Part shown: in pieces, positions 10,462-20,019 of the stretch | Numbering within the stretch: position 1 is the first letter of the stretch | Layout of the letters: each line of letters begins with the position of its first letter | Assembly (NCBI GenBank): GCA_050287845.1 | Contig: JBNKCR010000098.1 | Location: 192,001 to 256,000, forward strand | Direction: 5' to 3' | Origin: Polyangia bacterium | Lineage (GTDB): Bacteria > Myxococcota_A > Polyangia > JAAYKL01 | DNA length: 64,000 bases | Translations under genes and position numbers: made by a program | The notes under the pieces: model-generated | The model's database searches: none | Seen by the model: only the letters and a program-made list of their open reading frames with translations | Told to the model about the DNA's origin: nothing

Positions 10462-12929
10462 AGCAGAGTGAGTCTGTTTGTCCCGACTGTGGATTACCCA
10501 TTGCGCGAAAGCCGGAGTGGACGTCTTTTCGGGTGACTGACAGGTATACGGCCAGTCTGTATCGGTTGGGCGATTCAATTTTGTATTCCAGGGGGAAGGG
10601 GAACGTCAAGGAGCTGCCGGTGGAGTTCATTGCGCGCGTTGAACAGTTCCTCGATGACGAATTTGCTTCCTATCCAGTGGTTGAAATCAAGGATTTTTCT
10701 GACACAGAGGGCTTGCCGTCAAAAGCCTTTCGAATGAAGCAGCTGGAATATTATATTCGCAACAAAGATAAAATTGCCGGATTGGTTTTTCTCAACGCCC
10801 CCTTTCATTTGAAAGTCATCCTCAAATCGGCGGCAATCCTTTACGACAACGTTGTACCTCAGGCCATTTGTAACAACTATCAGGAGGCTATTGCAAAGGC
10901 TGATGAGTTTCTTCATGCAAGGGGAAGTAGTGTGCACCCCGACGTACCGGATGAACAACCGGAGAACACAATGGTTTCCATTGATCGTCGGGACATTGTT
11001 TTACTCGCCCGATATCTCGCGGGGAATGCGTGGAACGATCCGGCAGGGGCCATCGACGCGGCGCCGAATTTTGCAGAAGGACATCCGCTCACTTCCATTC
11101 TGGATTCAATTGTTCTGGTGAAAAGCGATCTGGACGAAATTCGAAGTGACATGGACCGTGAAGCCGCCAGAGCCAATGAGTTGGCGGTGACTGCATTTGA
11201 AAAGAAACTGATTGCGGAATCCCTGAACAACGAATTGAAGAATCAGGCACGACACGCGAACCTGCTGGCTCAGAAAGCGGAAGCGGCCAACCGGGCCAAG
11301 TCAGAATTTATGGCCAACATGTCCCATGAGATTCGCACGCCAATGAATGGCATTATTGGGATGACCGGTTTATTGCTCGATACCGAATTGAAATCAGAGC
11401 AACGCGAATTTGCTGAAATTGTCCGGAAATCAAGTGCTACGCTGATGACGCTGATCAACGATATTCTGGATTTTTCTAAAATTGAAGCGGAAGATCTGCA
11501 ACTGGAGAATATTGATTTCAATCTGTTCGCAATGATGGATGATTTTGCGGCTGCCTACTCGGTGTATACAGAAAACCGGGATATTGAATTTGTGTGCGCC
11601 GTCGATCCCAATCTTGATGTGTATTACAAAGGCGATCCGGGACGAATCCGACAGGTGCTGAGCAATATGGTGGATAACTCGTTCAAGTTCACCGAAGAAG
11701 GCGAAATCTCCATATATGTTGAGCTTGGCAAACGGGATGCCGACAGGGCGGAACTGAGATTTTCGGTTGCGGATACCGGAATTGGAATTGATCCGGATAT
11801 TCATGGGAATCTCTTCGACAGTTTCACTCAGCTGGATGGTACCAGTACGCGGAAATTCGGTGGAACAGGACTCGGCCTGGCCATTGCAAAAAAACTGGTG
11901 GAGATGATGAACGGGGAGATTGGCGTTTTCAGTGAGAAAGGAAAAGGCGCCGAGTTCTGGTTTACGGTGGAATTGGAGAATTCAGATAGACATTCCATGG
12001 AAGTGACACAGAGTGAGATTGAGGGGGCCAGAATTCTGCTCGTCGATGATAACAAAAGCAGTCGCAAGGCAACGATGCAACTCCTGAATTCATGGAAAAC
12101 GGTTGCTGTCGCCGTTCCGGACGGAAACGCTGCTCTGCAGCGCCTTTTCGAAGCGAGCCAGCAGAAAGAACCGTTTGAGATGGTCATTATCGATACGAAG
12201 ATGCCGGGGATGAGTGGCGAGATGCTGGGGCGAAATATTCGGGCGGACACAACGCTGCGGGATACGCGCCTCGTGCTGATGACAATGGTTGGCAATCGCG
12301 GGGATGCGAAGCGGGCCAAGGATTTGGGATTTGATGCATACATCACGAAACCGATTCGATATTCGGATTTATATGACTGTCTGGTTCGCCTCAAAGAGTT
12401 GGATTCCAACAATTCCGAATTCATCACCCGTCACAGTCTGTATGAACATCGGCGGAGTCGATTCCGCATTCTGGTGGTGGAAGACAATGCGACAAATCAG
12501 AAAGTGGCGATGGGAATGCTGAAACGTCTGGGCTTTCAGGCGGATGCGGTGGAAAATGGACAGGAGGCACTCGATATTCTGAAAATAGTGGAATACGATT
12601 TGGTGCTGATGGATGTTCAGACGCCCGTTATCGACGGTTATGATGCAACCAGGCTGATTCGAACAGAATCGGGAGTGCTCGACCCGGCGGTGCCGATCAT
12701 TGCGATGACGGCCAGTGCGCTTAAAGGTGATCGACAGAAGTGTCTCGATGCGGGAATGGACGACTATATTTCGAAACCGGTTGACCTGAAGAAGCTGCAG
12801 CGGGTGGTCACCCGTCAGTTGATGGAGGATCGATCCGATTCCAGAGATTCGCTTCTTCCACGTGCGGGAAGCGGTTGGAGCGCCGATCTGATGGACAAGG
12901 ATGAACCGGAATCCGGCGCGCAGAACTGA
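10458..12929 (+). CDS. Cytoplasmic hybrid sensor kinase (unnamed N-terminal input-HisKA-HATPase-REC-REC)
   Basis: [25 protein letters not shown], two receivers. ATGA overlap with the upstream kinase. Confidence 0.94.
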   Translation: MKQSESVCPDCGLPIARKPEWTSFRVTDRYTASLYRLGDSILYSRGKGNVKELPVEFIARVEQFLDDEFASYPVVEIKDFSDTEGLPSKAFRMKQLEYYIRNKDKIAGLVFLNAPFHLKVILKSAAILYDNVVPQAICNNYQEAIAKADEFLHARGSSVHPDVPDEQPENTMVSIDRRDIVLLARYLAGNAWNDPAGAIDAAPNFAEGHPLTSILDSIVLVKSDLDEIRSDMDREAARANELAVTAFEKKLIAESLNNELKNQARHANLLAQKAEAANRAKSEFMANMSHEIRTPMNGIIGMTGLLLDTELKSEQREFAEIVRKSSATLMTLINDILDFSKIEAEDLQLENIDFNLFAMMDDFAAAYSVYTENRDIEFVCAVDPNLDVYYKGDPGRIRQVLSNMVDNSFKFTEEGEISIYVELGKRDADRAELRFSVADTGIGIDPDIHGNLFDSFTQLDGTSTRKFGGTGLGLAIAKKLVEMMNGEIGVFSEKGKGAEFWFTVELENSDRHSMEVTQSEIEGARILLVDDNKSSRKATMQLLNSWKTVAVAVPDGNAALQRLFEASQQKEPFEMVIIDTKMPGMSGEMLGRNIRADTTLRDTRLVLMTMVGNRGDAKRAKDLGFDAYITKPIRYSDLYDCLVRLKELDSNNSEFITRHSLYEHRRSRFRILVVEDNATNQKVAMGMLKRLGFQADAVENGQEALDILKIVEYDLVLMDVQTPVIDGYDATRLIRTESGVLDPAVPIIAMTASALKGDRQKCLDAGMDDYISKPVDLKKLQRVVTRQLMEDRSDSRDSLLPRAGSGWSADLMDKDEPESGAQN

Positions 12930-12937
12930 AACTTGTC

Positions 12938-15250
12938 TCACGGATTTCGCTGTTCAGTCCATTCCACCCGGCGTATCCAGTCTTCGGCCATACCCCGATA
13001 GCCCAACAGGGAATCGTTCTCTGTGGCGACGGACTGAAATTGCCTGCGCGCGCTGCCAAACTGCCTGAGATTCAGATATGCCTGTCCCAGAGTAAGTCGT
13101 CCCGGTGTTGCAAATCCTGGATATTTCTGCGCGAGGTGAAGTTGAAACGCCTTTTTCAGTTCCATTGCGGATGCATAGTACTGACCTTCCTGAAATAGAA
13201 TTCTGCCAACGAGATATGGGAGGAGGGGATCGTCCCGGAAGCGGTTGCGAAGGACCATCAGGGCATGGATGACCACAGCCTCCGGGGGCCGGCGGTGCGA
13301 GATAACGGTGCTGAAAAAACGAAGGAGGGTTCTGGTCACCGGTGTGTGGTAATTGCAGAGGTGGCGTTTTACTGCGAGTCGTCGCGACGCATCGTGCGCA
13401 TTGGGGGATTCCGCAAGGTGTCCATACGCGGTAGCCAGGTCCGCCAGCGACAGGGAGTCAATCTGAAAATCAATCAACGCTTCAGAAATCTGCAATTGTC
13501 TGATTTGTCCCGGGGCCTTTTCCAGGATACTCTTTCCATGTTTGATGGTGTGGTCAGACATGCATCCGGCTTCAGAAAAGAACAGTTCAATGTCGGTCTC
13601 TGTGGATTCTCCAGACCGTTCATGGGCTTCCTGCAACAGCCGCAATCCTGCGGGCCATTGGGGGGTAGTGAGATATTCCGCTGCGATTTTTTGAATCCGG
13701 GCGATTTCCCTGACACATCGGGTTTCTACGATTGCGGGCCTGTCCAGTCGATAGCGGACCCATTCCAATTCGCTGTCGGGGATTTGAATGGTGTTCAGAT
13801 ATTGATGCCACATGGTTTCCAGACTGGTGAGCGAATGACCGGTCACTTCAGTGATATCATCGCCCGCATACATGCTTCGAATTGCCGACGGGCCAAAGGT
13901 ATCCCGGATGTACCGGATAAACGATCCGGCTGCAGTGTATGCGTTTCCGGCGTACAGTTTCAGAAATCCGGGACCCATCAATTGTTGAACGGCAGGAAGA
14001 AGGTTCAGTCTGTCCAGCGCCCGTGCCATCTGGTGAACGGAAAGGGCATGATGTGAGGGGGTTGCCGCCACGGCCAATCCTTCAACAAGGGCTGGTATGG
14101 GAATCAGTCCATTAAAATGTCCCGCGACGCGAAAGGGACCTGTGGCAAATTGTGCCGCGACCAGATGGGCCAGTTCATGACGCAGGGTCCAGTGGGGGAC
14201 ATCTTCGGCGATGATATACGTCTGACCCAGCCAGGGCTTGGCCACCGACGTATGGCGCGCCCCCATCAGTGACTTTTTCTGAAGCGCGGAATCAAAGATA
14301 AACACCGTAATGGGCGGGTGCGCATCGATGCCGAAGAATGCCTTGAGCTGGTCCAGACTGAATTGCGCATCCCGGGCAATGGCCCGTTGCTTTTTCATGG
14401 AGATTTCGGTGGAAAAATACAAATCGATGCCATCAGAATGGATGTGAGCGGGCAGATGCTGTTTCAGTCCGGTTGTGCTCATTCGATGGCCCAGCGATTC
14501 ACCGCTGGCGAACAGCAATCCCGCAATGGAAATGCCAGCGAGAATCAGTGCAGCGGATGGGGCGGAAGGCCTCTTCAATTTGAGTTGCAGCCGGTCCGGG
14601 TCGAGAAAGGAAAAGAGGGCGAGAACCAGTACCCCACTGATGACAAGGTTGAACGCGCGATAGGTGAGGAGGGCACTGGTGATGGATATTTCCCGATCAT
14701 ACCAGACGCCGGGCCAGTATCCGAAGAACGGACCGTAATTGAATACAACAGGAGAATGGTACACTTCAATCAAGGATACAGCGAGTGCAACAAACCAGAA
14801 AAGACTCCAGATAGCGACGGCGCAACGCTTTTTACCACACCATCCACCGGCGAAAACACCGGTGACTACGGCGACAACGACAGAGACAACGGGGAGCAGA
14901 ATGAAAAAGAGGAGCCCCTGGAATGTATTGCATGGTGCAACGAACAGCTGATTGAACAGACTGACAAGCAGGGTTGCAAGGAGCAGAATGCCGGATGGCA
15001 GGGCGGCACAGAGCAACAGTTTCGTCGCACTGATTGCCTCTCCCCCGGGGCGCATTTCGCGCAATCGAATCGGCGCGGTCGCGGCCAGATGCCCGGATGC
15101 CAGAGAGAGCAGCACACCCATAATGAAGCAATACTCGAATCCGAGTACATTGGTCATCGGAACCGTGCACAGATACACCGATACACATAAAATGACCGTC
15201 CCCCAGCCTCCAAACAATGGATTGGCCAGAGGTGCCAACAGCAGTTTCAT
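12938..15250 (-). CDS. Multi-TM membrane protein with gluzincin-like (HExxH) peptidase domain and C-terminal TPR-like helices
   Basis: About 7 hydrophobic segments, then TLRHELAHLV and downstream LVEGLAVA. C-terminal YLVGRILFQEGQY.../LTLGQAYLNLRQFGSARRQF is TPR-like. Confidence 0.7.
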   Translation of the reverse strand: MKLLLAPLANPLFGGWGTVILCVSVYLCTVPMTNVLGFEYCFIMGVLLSLASGHLAATAPIRLREMRPGGEAISATKLLLCAALPSGILLLATLLVSLFNQLFVAPCNTFQGLLFFILLPVVSVVVAVVTGVFAGGWCGKKRCAVAIWSLFWFVALAVSLIEVYHSPVVFNYGPFFGYWPGVWYDREISITSALLTYRAFNLVISGVLVLALFSFLDPDRLQLKLKRPSAPSAALILAGISIAGLLFASGESLGHRMSTTGLKQHLPAHIHSDGIDLYFSTEISMKKQRAIARDAQFSLDQLKAFFGIDAHPPITVFIFDSALQKKSLMGARHTSVAKPWLGQTYIIAEDVPHWTLRHELAHLVAAQFATGPFRVAGHFNGLIPIPALVEGLAVAATPSHHALSVHQMARALDRLNLLPAVQQLMGPGFLKLYAGNAYTAAGSFIRYIRDTFGPSAIRSMYAGDDITEVTGHSLTSLETMWHQYLNTIQIPDSELEWVRYRLDRPAIVETRCVREIARIQKIAAEYLTTPQWPAGLRLLQEAHERSGESTETDIELFFSEAGCMSDHTIKHGKSILEKAPGQIRQLQISEALIDFQIDSLSLADLATAYGHLAESPNAHDASRRLAVKRHLCNYHTPVTRTLLRFFSTVISHRRPPEAVVIHALMVLRNRFRDDPLLPYLVGRILFQEGQYYASAMELKKAFQLHLAQKYPGFATPGRLTLGQAYLNLRQFGSARRQFQSVATENDSLLGYRGMAEDWIRRVEWTEQRNP

Positions 15251-15927
15251 GAGGATTTCAGCATCAGCGAGAGGACTTCGATCGCTCGCTGAATTTCGGA
15301 TTCTTTGTGGGTGGCAATCAGCTCCAGGGCAGTTTCCAGGGCATCGAGTTTGCTGTCATCGATTCGGTCGGTCACGTAGCGTGCAAGCCGGATGCGTCGG
15401 GCTTCCCGTTTTTCGTCCGTACTTTTCAGCTTGAAACTGGGTTTCAATGCTGGTTCCGGTTTGTTCCGGTAGTAGCCTTTTTCCTTCACCGTTTCAATGA
15501 AGGCTTCGCTGTCGGCCACATACAGGCTTAAAATATCGTACAATTCCTGCCGAACCGGCGAGAGACTCAACGTAAACACTTTTTTGCTCCGAAGCAGTTT
15601 GGGCGAGGTGAGTTTTTTATCGAAGATATCCAGCTTTTCGTCCGGATCAACCCCCACCAGCAGTACGGGATTTTTTTCAACAAACGCTTTCATGCGCCGT
15701 GCCAGACGTTCTTCGGAGAGCTCCATCACTGCGCTGATATTGATCCAGTGATGGGGTTCAATCGGAGATTCATGCTGTTCCAGCTCCCGCCACTGTTCAG
15801 CGGGCCATTTGGATTTGGCCGCAGCCTCTTTAATGGACCAGCCATATTTCTCCCGTTCCAGACGCATCAATGTCCGCAAGAAATATTGCACACATACTGC
15901 CACTGCTTTTTCAATATTCAAGTACAT
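15247..15927 (-). CDS. Hypothetical protein with N-terminal XRE-like helix-turn-helix
   Basis: LMRLEREKYGWSIKEAAAKSKWPAEQWRELEQ resembles an XRE HTH. ATGA overlap with the downstream gene. Confidence 0.6.
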   Translation of the reverse strand: MYLNIEKAVAVCVQYFLRTLMRLEREKYGWSIKEAAAKSKWPAEQWRELEQHESPIEPHHWINISAVMELSEERLARRMKAFVEKNPVLLVGVDPDEKLDIFDKKLTSPKLLRSKKVFTLSLSPVRQELYDILSLYVADSEAFIETVKEKGYYRNKPEPALKPSFKLKSTDEKREARRIRLARYVTDRIDDSKLDALETALELIATHKESEIQRAIEVLSLMLKSS

Positions 15928-16243
15928 TTGTATTCCCTATATGGCATAAATGCACATGCTATAAAAATAAAAGACACAGAAAAACTGCACCGGCGCAGGT
16001 ACCATCTGAATTTAAAAAAAGTTTCCAACAGTTGTTGAATAGAGCCAATTTCTATCCCATGTCAATCTGTGCCTGGCGATACGAAAGGCGATGTACGCGG
16101 AGGATGAACCGTGAATTACGAGAATATCCATAAATATTGAAACAACGCAGAAAACCCCTTCCCAATGATACAGTTTTCTTCTAGAGTTCAGCACACTTTT
16201 GAATTGTTTAAAATTGATAAACAACACGTATTGAGGAAATAGA

Positions 16244-17947
16244 ATGAACAGAGGTTTTGCCTGGCGAAAACGGTTGATATTAAATGTGCTGGTCCTGTCT
16301 GCGGCAAGCCTGGTGCCATTTCGGGCATTCAGTGCTGATTGTGTTGGCGAAGGCTATCTGGTTTCAAATGACTGGGACGGTGACGGCGTGCTGGATTCCG
16401 GCGACGACGTTGAAGTTGAGAAAGATTTGTGTATCCGGACGTTTGATCCGGATAACGATGATTATGACGGCGATGCCGTCGGGGATGTGTGTGACAACTG
16501 TGCGCTGATTGCCAACAATTCCCAGTCAGATGCTGACCGGGATGGGATCGGTGATGCGTGCGACGATGATATTGATGGCGATATGGTGCTTAATCCGCGT
16601 CATTTCGTGACCGAAACGTCGGTGGATACCGAAACGGATACCACGGATGCAGGGGGAGATTCCGGTTCAGAAACCGGTGTTGACTCCGCAAGCGAAACGG
16701 AAAGCGGCGCGATGACGGATACAGAATCCGATTCGTCTGCCGACACCAGTACTCTGGAGGATGGCGATACTGCCGATGATACGGAGCGGACGACAGGGGC
16801 AACGATGGATAACTGCCCGTTGGCATACAACCCGCTGCAGGGGGATTTGGATGCCGATGGACTGGGGAACGCCTGCGATCCCGATGCGGATGGGGATGGG
16901 GTCATCAACGAACTCGATTTTTGCCCCTTTGATGGCGCGGTGTCCGATTATATATCGGATGAGGCACATGCGAGTCTGATCTGTCTTGGGGACTCTGATG
17001 GTGATGGCATTGCCAACTGGCAAGTGAAAGCGGGGGCAATCTCGGTAGATGATAACTGTCCATTCGTGGCCAACCCAACCCAGGCTGATATGGATTCTGA
17101 CGGTGTGGGCGATGTCTGTGATCCGGATGCCGATGGCGACGACATCCAGGACAGTCAGGACAACTGTACCCGGCGCAAAGTGCTCGCGGCTATCGAGGAT
17201 TTCAATGTGGACCCGATAGCAGCATGTGGCGTCAACACGGCAATGAAAGTGGATGTTTCCACCTGGACCGATGCAGTATGGTGGAAGTATCTGTACAATC
17301 CCACGCAAATCGACCAGGATCGGGACAAGACCGGTGACTCCTGTGATCTTGATTTCTGTACACTGACAGCTGAGGGATTTGCATTTGACAATTGTCAGGT
17401 GGTACTGGACGATCAGGATAACTGCCTGCGGGTCAGCGAGCCGGCATTGCAGGTGTATTCCCCGCCAGTCATCGCTTCAAATACGGCAGATGAACCCATT
17501 CGGCTGAGAATTTTTGCCAACAGGACCGACAGGGTGCTCCAATACTCATGGATGCTGTTGCCGGGCAGTGATGAGAAGGGAATCGTGCTTCGAAATGCCA
17601 GTGGAAGAGTCACTTATTCCTCAGCATATGAGTATCACTATGCCGTTGTTCCGAATGCCGACGATGTGTGCATTGACAGAAGCGCCACTTTCGAGACACG
17701 GCTGAGAGGAGAATATAAGCTTCTGCTGCGTGTCACCGCGCTGGATGCCAATGGCAGTCCTCTGGCTGGTAGCGAAAATACGGCTCAGGCGGAAGTGGTT
17801 ATCAACAGTTCCGGCATCGATGACTACATCGCGGATTCGTGTGGCTGTGAAACCGTTGGCCGCTCACGGACCGGCAGTATCTGGGGGTGGGTATTGTTCC
17901 TGCTCATCATTTCAGTGCTGATGCGGCGAAAACGAATCCGAAAATGA
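16244..17947 (+). CDS. Thrombospondin type-3 repeat surface protein with MYXO-CTERM-like sorting tail
   Basis: Signal peptide; repeated DNCP..N..Q.D.D.DG.GD.CD.D.DGD; D/T/S/E-rich linker; C-terminal SCGCETVG...TM...RRKRIRK. Confidence 0.88.
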   Translation: MNRGFAWRKRLILNVLVLSAASLVPFRAFSADCVGEGYLVSNDWDGDGVLDSGDDVEVEKDLCIRTFDPDNDDYDGDAVGDVCDNCALIANNSQSDADRDGIGDACDDDIDGDMVLNPRHFVTETSVDTETDTTDAGGDSGSETGVDSASETESGAMTDTESDSSADTSTLEDGDTADDTERTTGATMDNCPLAYNPLQGDLDADGLGNACDPDADGDGVINELDFCPFDGAVSDYISDEAHASLICLGDSDGDGIANWQVKAGAISVDDNCPFVANPTQADMDSDGVGDVCDPDADGDDIQDSQDNCTRRKVLAAIEDFNVDPIAACGVNTAMKVDVSTWTDAVWWKYLYNPTQIDQDRDKTGDSCDLDFCTLTAEGFAFDNCQVVLDDQDNCLRVSEPALQVYSPPVIASNTADEPIRLRIFANRTDRVLQYSWMLLPGSDEKGIVLRNASGRVTYSSAYEYHYAVVPNADDVCIDRSATFETRLRGEYKLLLRVTALDANGSPLAGSENTAQAEVVINSSGIDDYIADSCGCETVGRSRTGSIWGWVLFLLIISVLMRRKRIRK

Positions 17948-17997
17948 CGCGCCGAACCTTCTTGCTTTTTCTCCTGTGATACGGAAATAATTCAGCC

Positions 17998-18966
17998 ATG
18001 CAGGGATCCGTTCAATCTCGAATCAAACGCATTCGACACAGTATGAGTTTGACTGGTGCAATTGTGGTTACGGCAGTAGGCGTACTGTTACCGGTGATTC
18101 TATCCACCTCTGTTGGTATTGTTGCCCTGGCGCTGGGCAAGGGAACGGAGTGGATCCTTTTTGGAGTTCTGGTGATCAGTTTTGCCGCGGCGGCCATTGG
18201 CGGTGGTGTAGTGGTAACTGTTCTCTTGATTCGGAAGCATCGGATTGCCAGGTTGCAAGCTGATTTCGTGGCCAACGTGACCCACGAGCTCAGAACCCCA
18301 TTGACCGCCATCCGGCTGTACGCGCAGACCATTGAAATGGGAGCGCTGGAGGGGAATCCCGAGCTGATTCAGAAGAGCATTCAAACCATTCTACGCGAAA
18401 CGGAGTGGCTGGAGACAATGATTGACCGGGTGCTCACATGGCGTGCTGCTTCGAGGGACCGGGTTTCCCCCCGAATGAAAACGTCCCAGATTGACGAAAC
18501 AGTGCAGGCGGTAGTGGATCGGTTCCGCCGAATGGTTGTGGGACCGGATACGTTTCTTACATGTCGGATTTCTTCCAGAGCACAAGTGGCCCATGATGAA
18601 AGTGCATTGCATTCCATCGTTCTGAATCTGCTGGTAAATGCATACAAGTATTCGGGGAAAAATAAAAAGATAGAGCTACGGCTCTTTGACATCGACGATT
18701 TTGTTGTGCTGGAGGTGGAGGACAACGGCGTTGGGATTCCCGAGTCTGAACAGAAACGGATATACGACCCCTTTTACAGGGTGGACTCCCGGTTGAGTGG
18801 AAAGTCGTCCGGGGCGGGACTTGGGCTTGCCATTGTGAAACATCAGATTATGTTGCACAAGGGAAATATCCTGGTTCGAAGCGATACGGGCAAGGGAACC
18901 ACATTTATTGTTCAGTTTCCGGTGGCCAAACTTTCGAAAGGAACAGTGAGTGCACAAAACGATTAA
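17998..18966 (+). CDS. Two-component sensor histidine kinase
   Basis: 2 TM, FVANVTHELRTPL, NLLVNAYKYS, DNGVGI, FYRVD, GAGLGL. Confidence 0.94.
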   Translation: MQGSVQSRIKRIRHSMSLTGAIVVTAVGVLLPVILSTSVGIVALALGKGTEWILFGVLVISFAAAAIGGGVVVTVLLIRKHRIARLQADFVANVTHELRTPLTAIRLYAQTIEMGALEGNPELIQKSIQTILRETEWLETMIDRVLTWRAASRDRVSPRMKTSQIDETVQAVVDRFRRMVVGPDTFLTCRISSRAQVAHDESALHSIVLNLLVNAYKYSGKNKKIELRLFDIDDFVVLEVEDNGVGIPESEQKRIYDPFYRVDSRLSGKSSGAGLGLAIVKHQIMLHKGNILVRSDTGKGTTFIVQFPVAKLSKGTVSAQND

Positions 18967-19648
18967 AGATGAAACGATACTGGTCATCGAAGATGACAAT
19001 GCGGTTCGCGATGGTCTGGTGATGAACCTTCAGCTTCAGGGCTACAAGGTTTTATCTGCGTGTGATGGGGATGAAGGCATGGAGATGGCTTTTGATAGCA
19101 AGCCGGACCTCATTGTGCTGGATATTATGCTTCCCGGATGGAGTGGCCTCGATATTTTAGCGGAATTGCGCGAGCAGTCCCGTGACACACCAGTACTGCT
19201 CCTGTCGGCCCGGGACAGGATGGAGAACAAAATCGAAGGATTGGAACTGGGTGCAGACGATTATGTGACCAAGCCATTTGAGTTGCCGGAGTTACTCGCC
19301 CGGGTTGAAGCACTCCTTCGGCGACATCGGGGATATGCGAAAAGCGATTCTGCGATCCGGTTCGGCAACGTGACCATTGATCCGGTGAATCGGGTGGTTT
19401 CGGTGAATGGCGACAGCATTGAACTCTCGCTCAAGGAATTCGACCTCCTGCTGCTTCTGGCCAAGGCTCCGGGACGACCATTTAGTCGCGAATCAATTCT
19501 GAGCAGCGTGTGGGGATGGAACTTTGACGGTACAACCCGCACCGTTGACAATTTTATCATGTCTCTTCGCCAGAAGATTGAAATAGATCCATCGAAACCG
19601 GTTCACATCAAAACGGTTCGTCAGCTGGGATACAAACTGGAGCTATAG
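18950..19648 (+). CDS. OmpR/PhoB-family response regulator
   Basis: ILVIEDD, LDIMLPG, GADDYVTKPF, winged helix RTVDNFIMSLRQKIE..TVRQLGYK. Confidence 0.95.
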   Translation: MHKTIKDETILVIEDDNAVRDGLVMNLQLQGYKVLSACDGDEGMEMAFDSKPDLIVLDIMLPGWSGLDILAELREQSRDTPVLLLSARDRMENKIEGLELGADDYVTKPFELPELLARVEALLRRHRGYAKSDSAIRFGNVTIDPVNRVVSVNGDSIELSLKEFDLLLLLAKAPGRPFSRESILSSVWGWNFDGTTRTVDNFIMSLRQKIEIDPSKPVHIKTVRQLGYKLEL

Positions 19649-19687
19649 GCGTCCAGGTGGGTGCGAGCTATTGACTGAGGAATGTTT

Positions 19688-19906
19688 TTATCTGGTCGGG
19701 ACCAGTAGCTCGACAGCGAGGCCGCCAGGCGTACCATCAGCATTCCGGTACATGAGCCCCGGAACATTGGGTAGCGCTGCCTTGTATATCGGTTTGCCGG
19801 CACGAGCACAGAGGATAAAACTGAAAAAGAGCATCAGGCACAGAGAAATCTGGAGGATAGCGGCGCCAGAGGAATTCAAATGCCATGACGACAGGTCTGG
19901 TTGCAT
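19688..19906 (-). pseudogene. Probable N-terminal fragment of a periplasmic solute-binding (SBP_bac_3-like) sensor domain
   Basis: Hydrophobic signal-like stretch, then NVPGLMYRNADGTPGGLAVELL, then an immediate stop. Confidence 0.4.
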
Positions 19907-20019
19907 CGCGCACTTTTTTTCCGGTTAATCATAAATTTGTATTCACCTGAAAATACAGGAAGGCTGTATTTAATGATCACATTAGTTTGACTCTTTAATG
20001 ACCCAGCTCAAACTTAAAT

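Noticed and set aside
16370..17420. Repetitive GAT/GAC-rich DNA as CRISPR or a DNA repeat element
   Set aside because: Explained by TSP3 protein repeats; no identical repeat-spacer periodicity and no cas genes.
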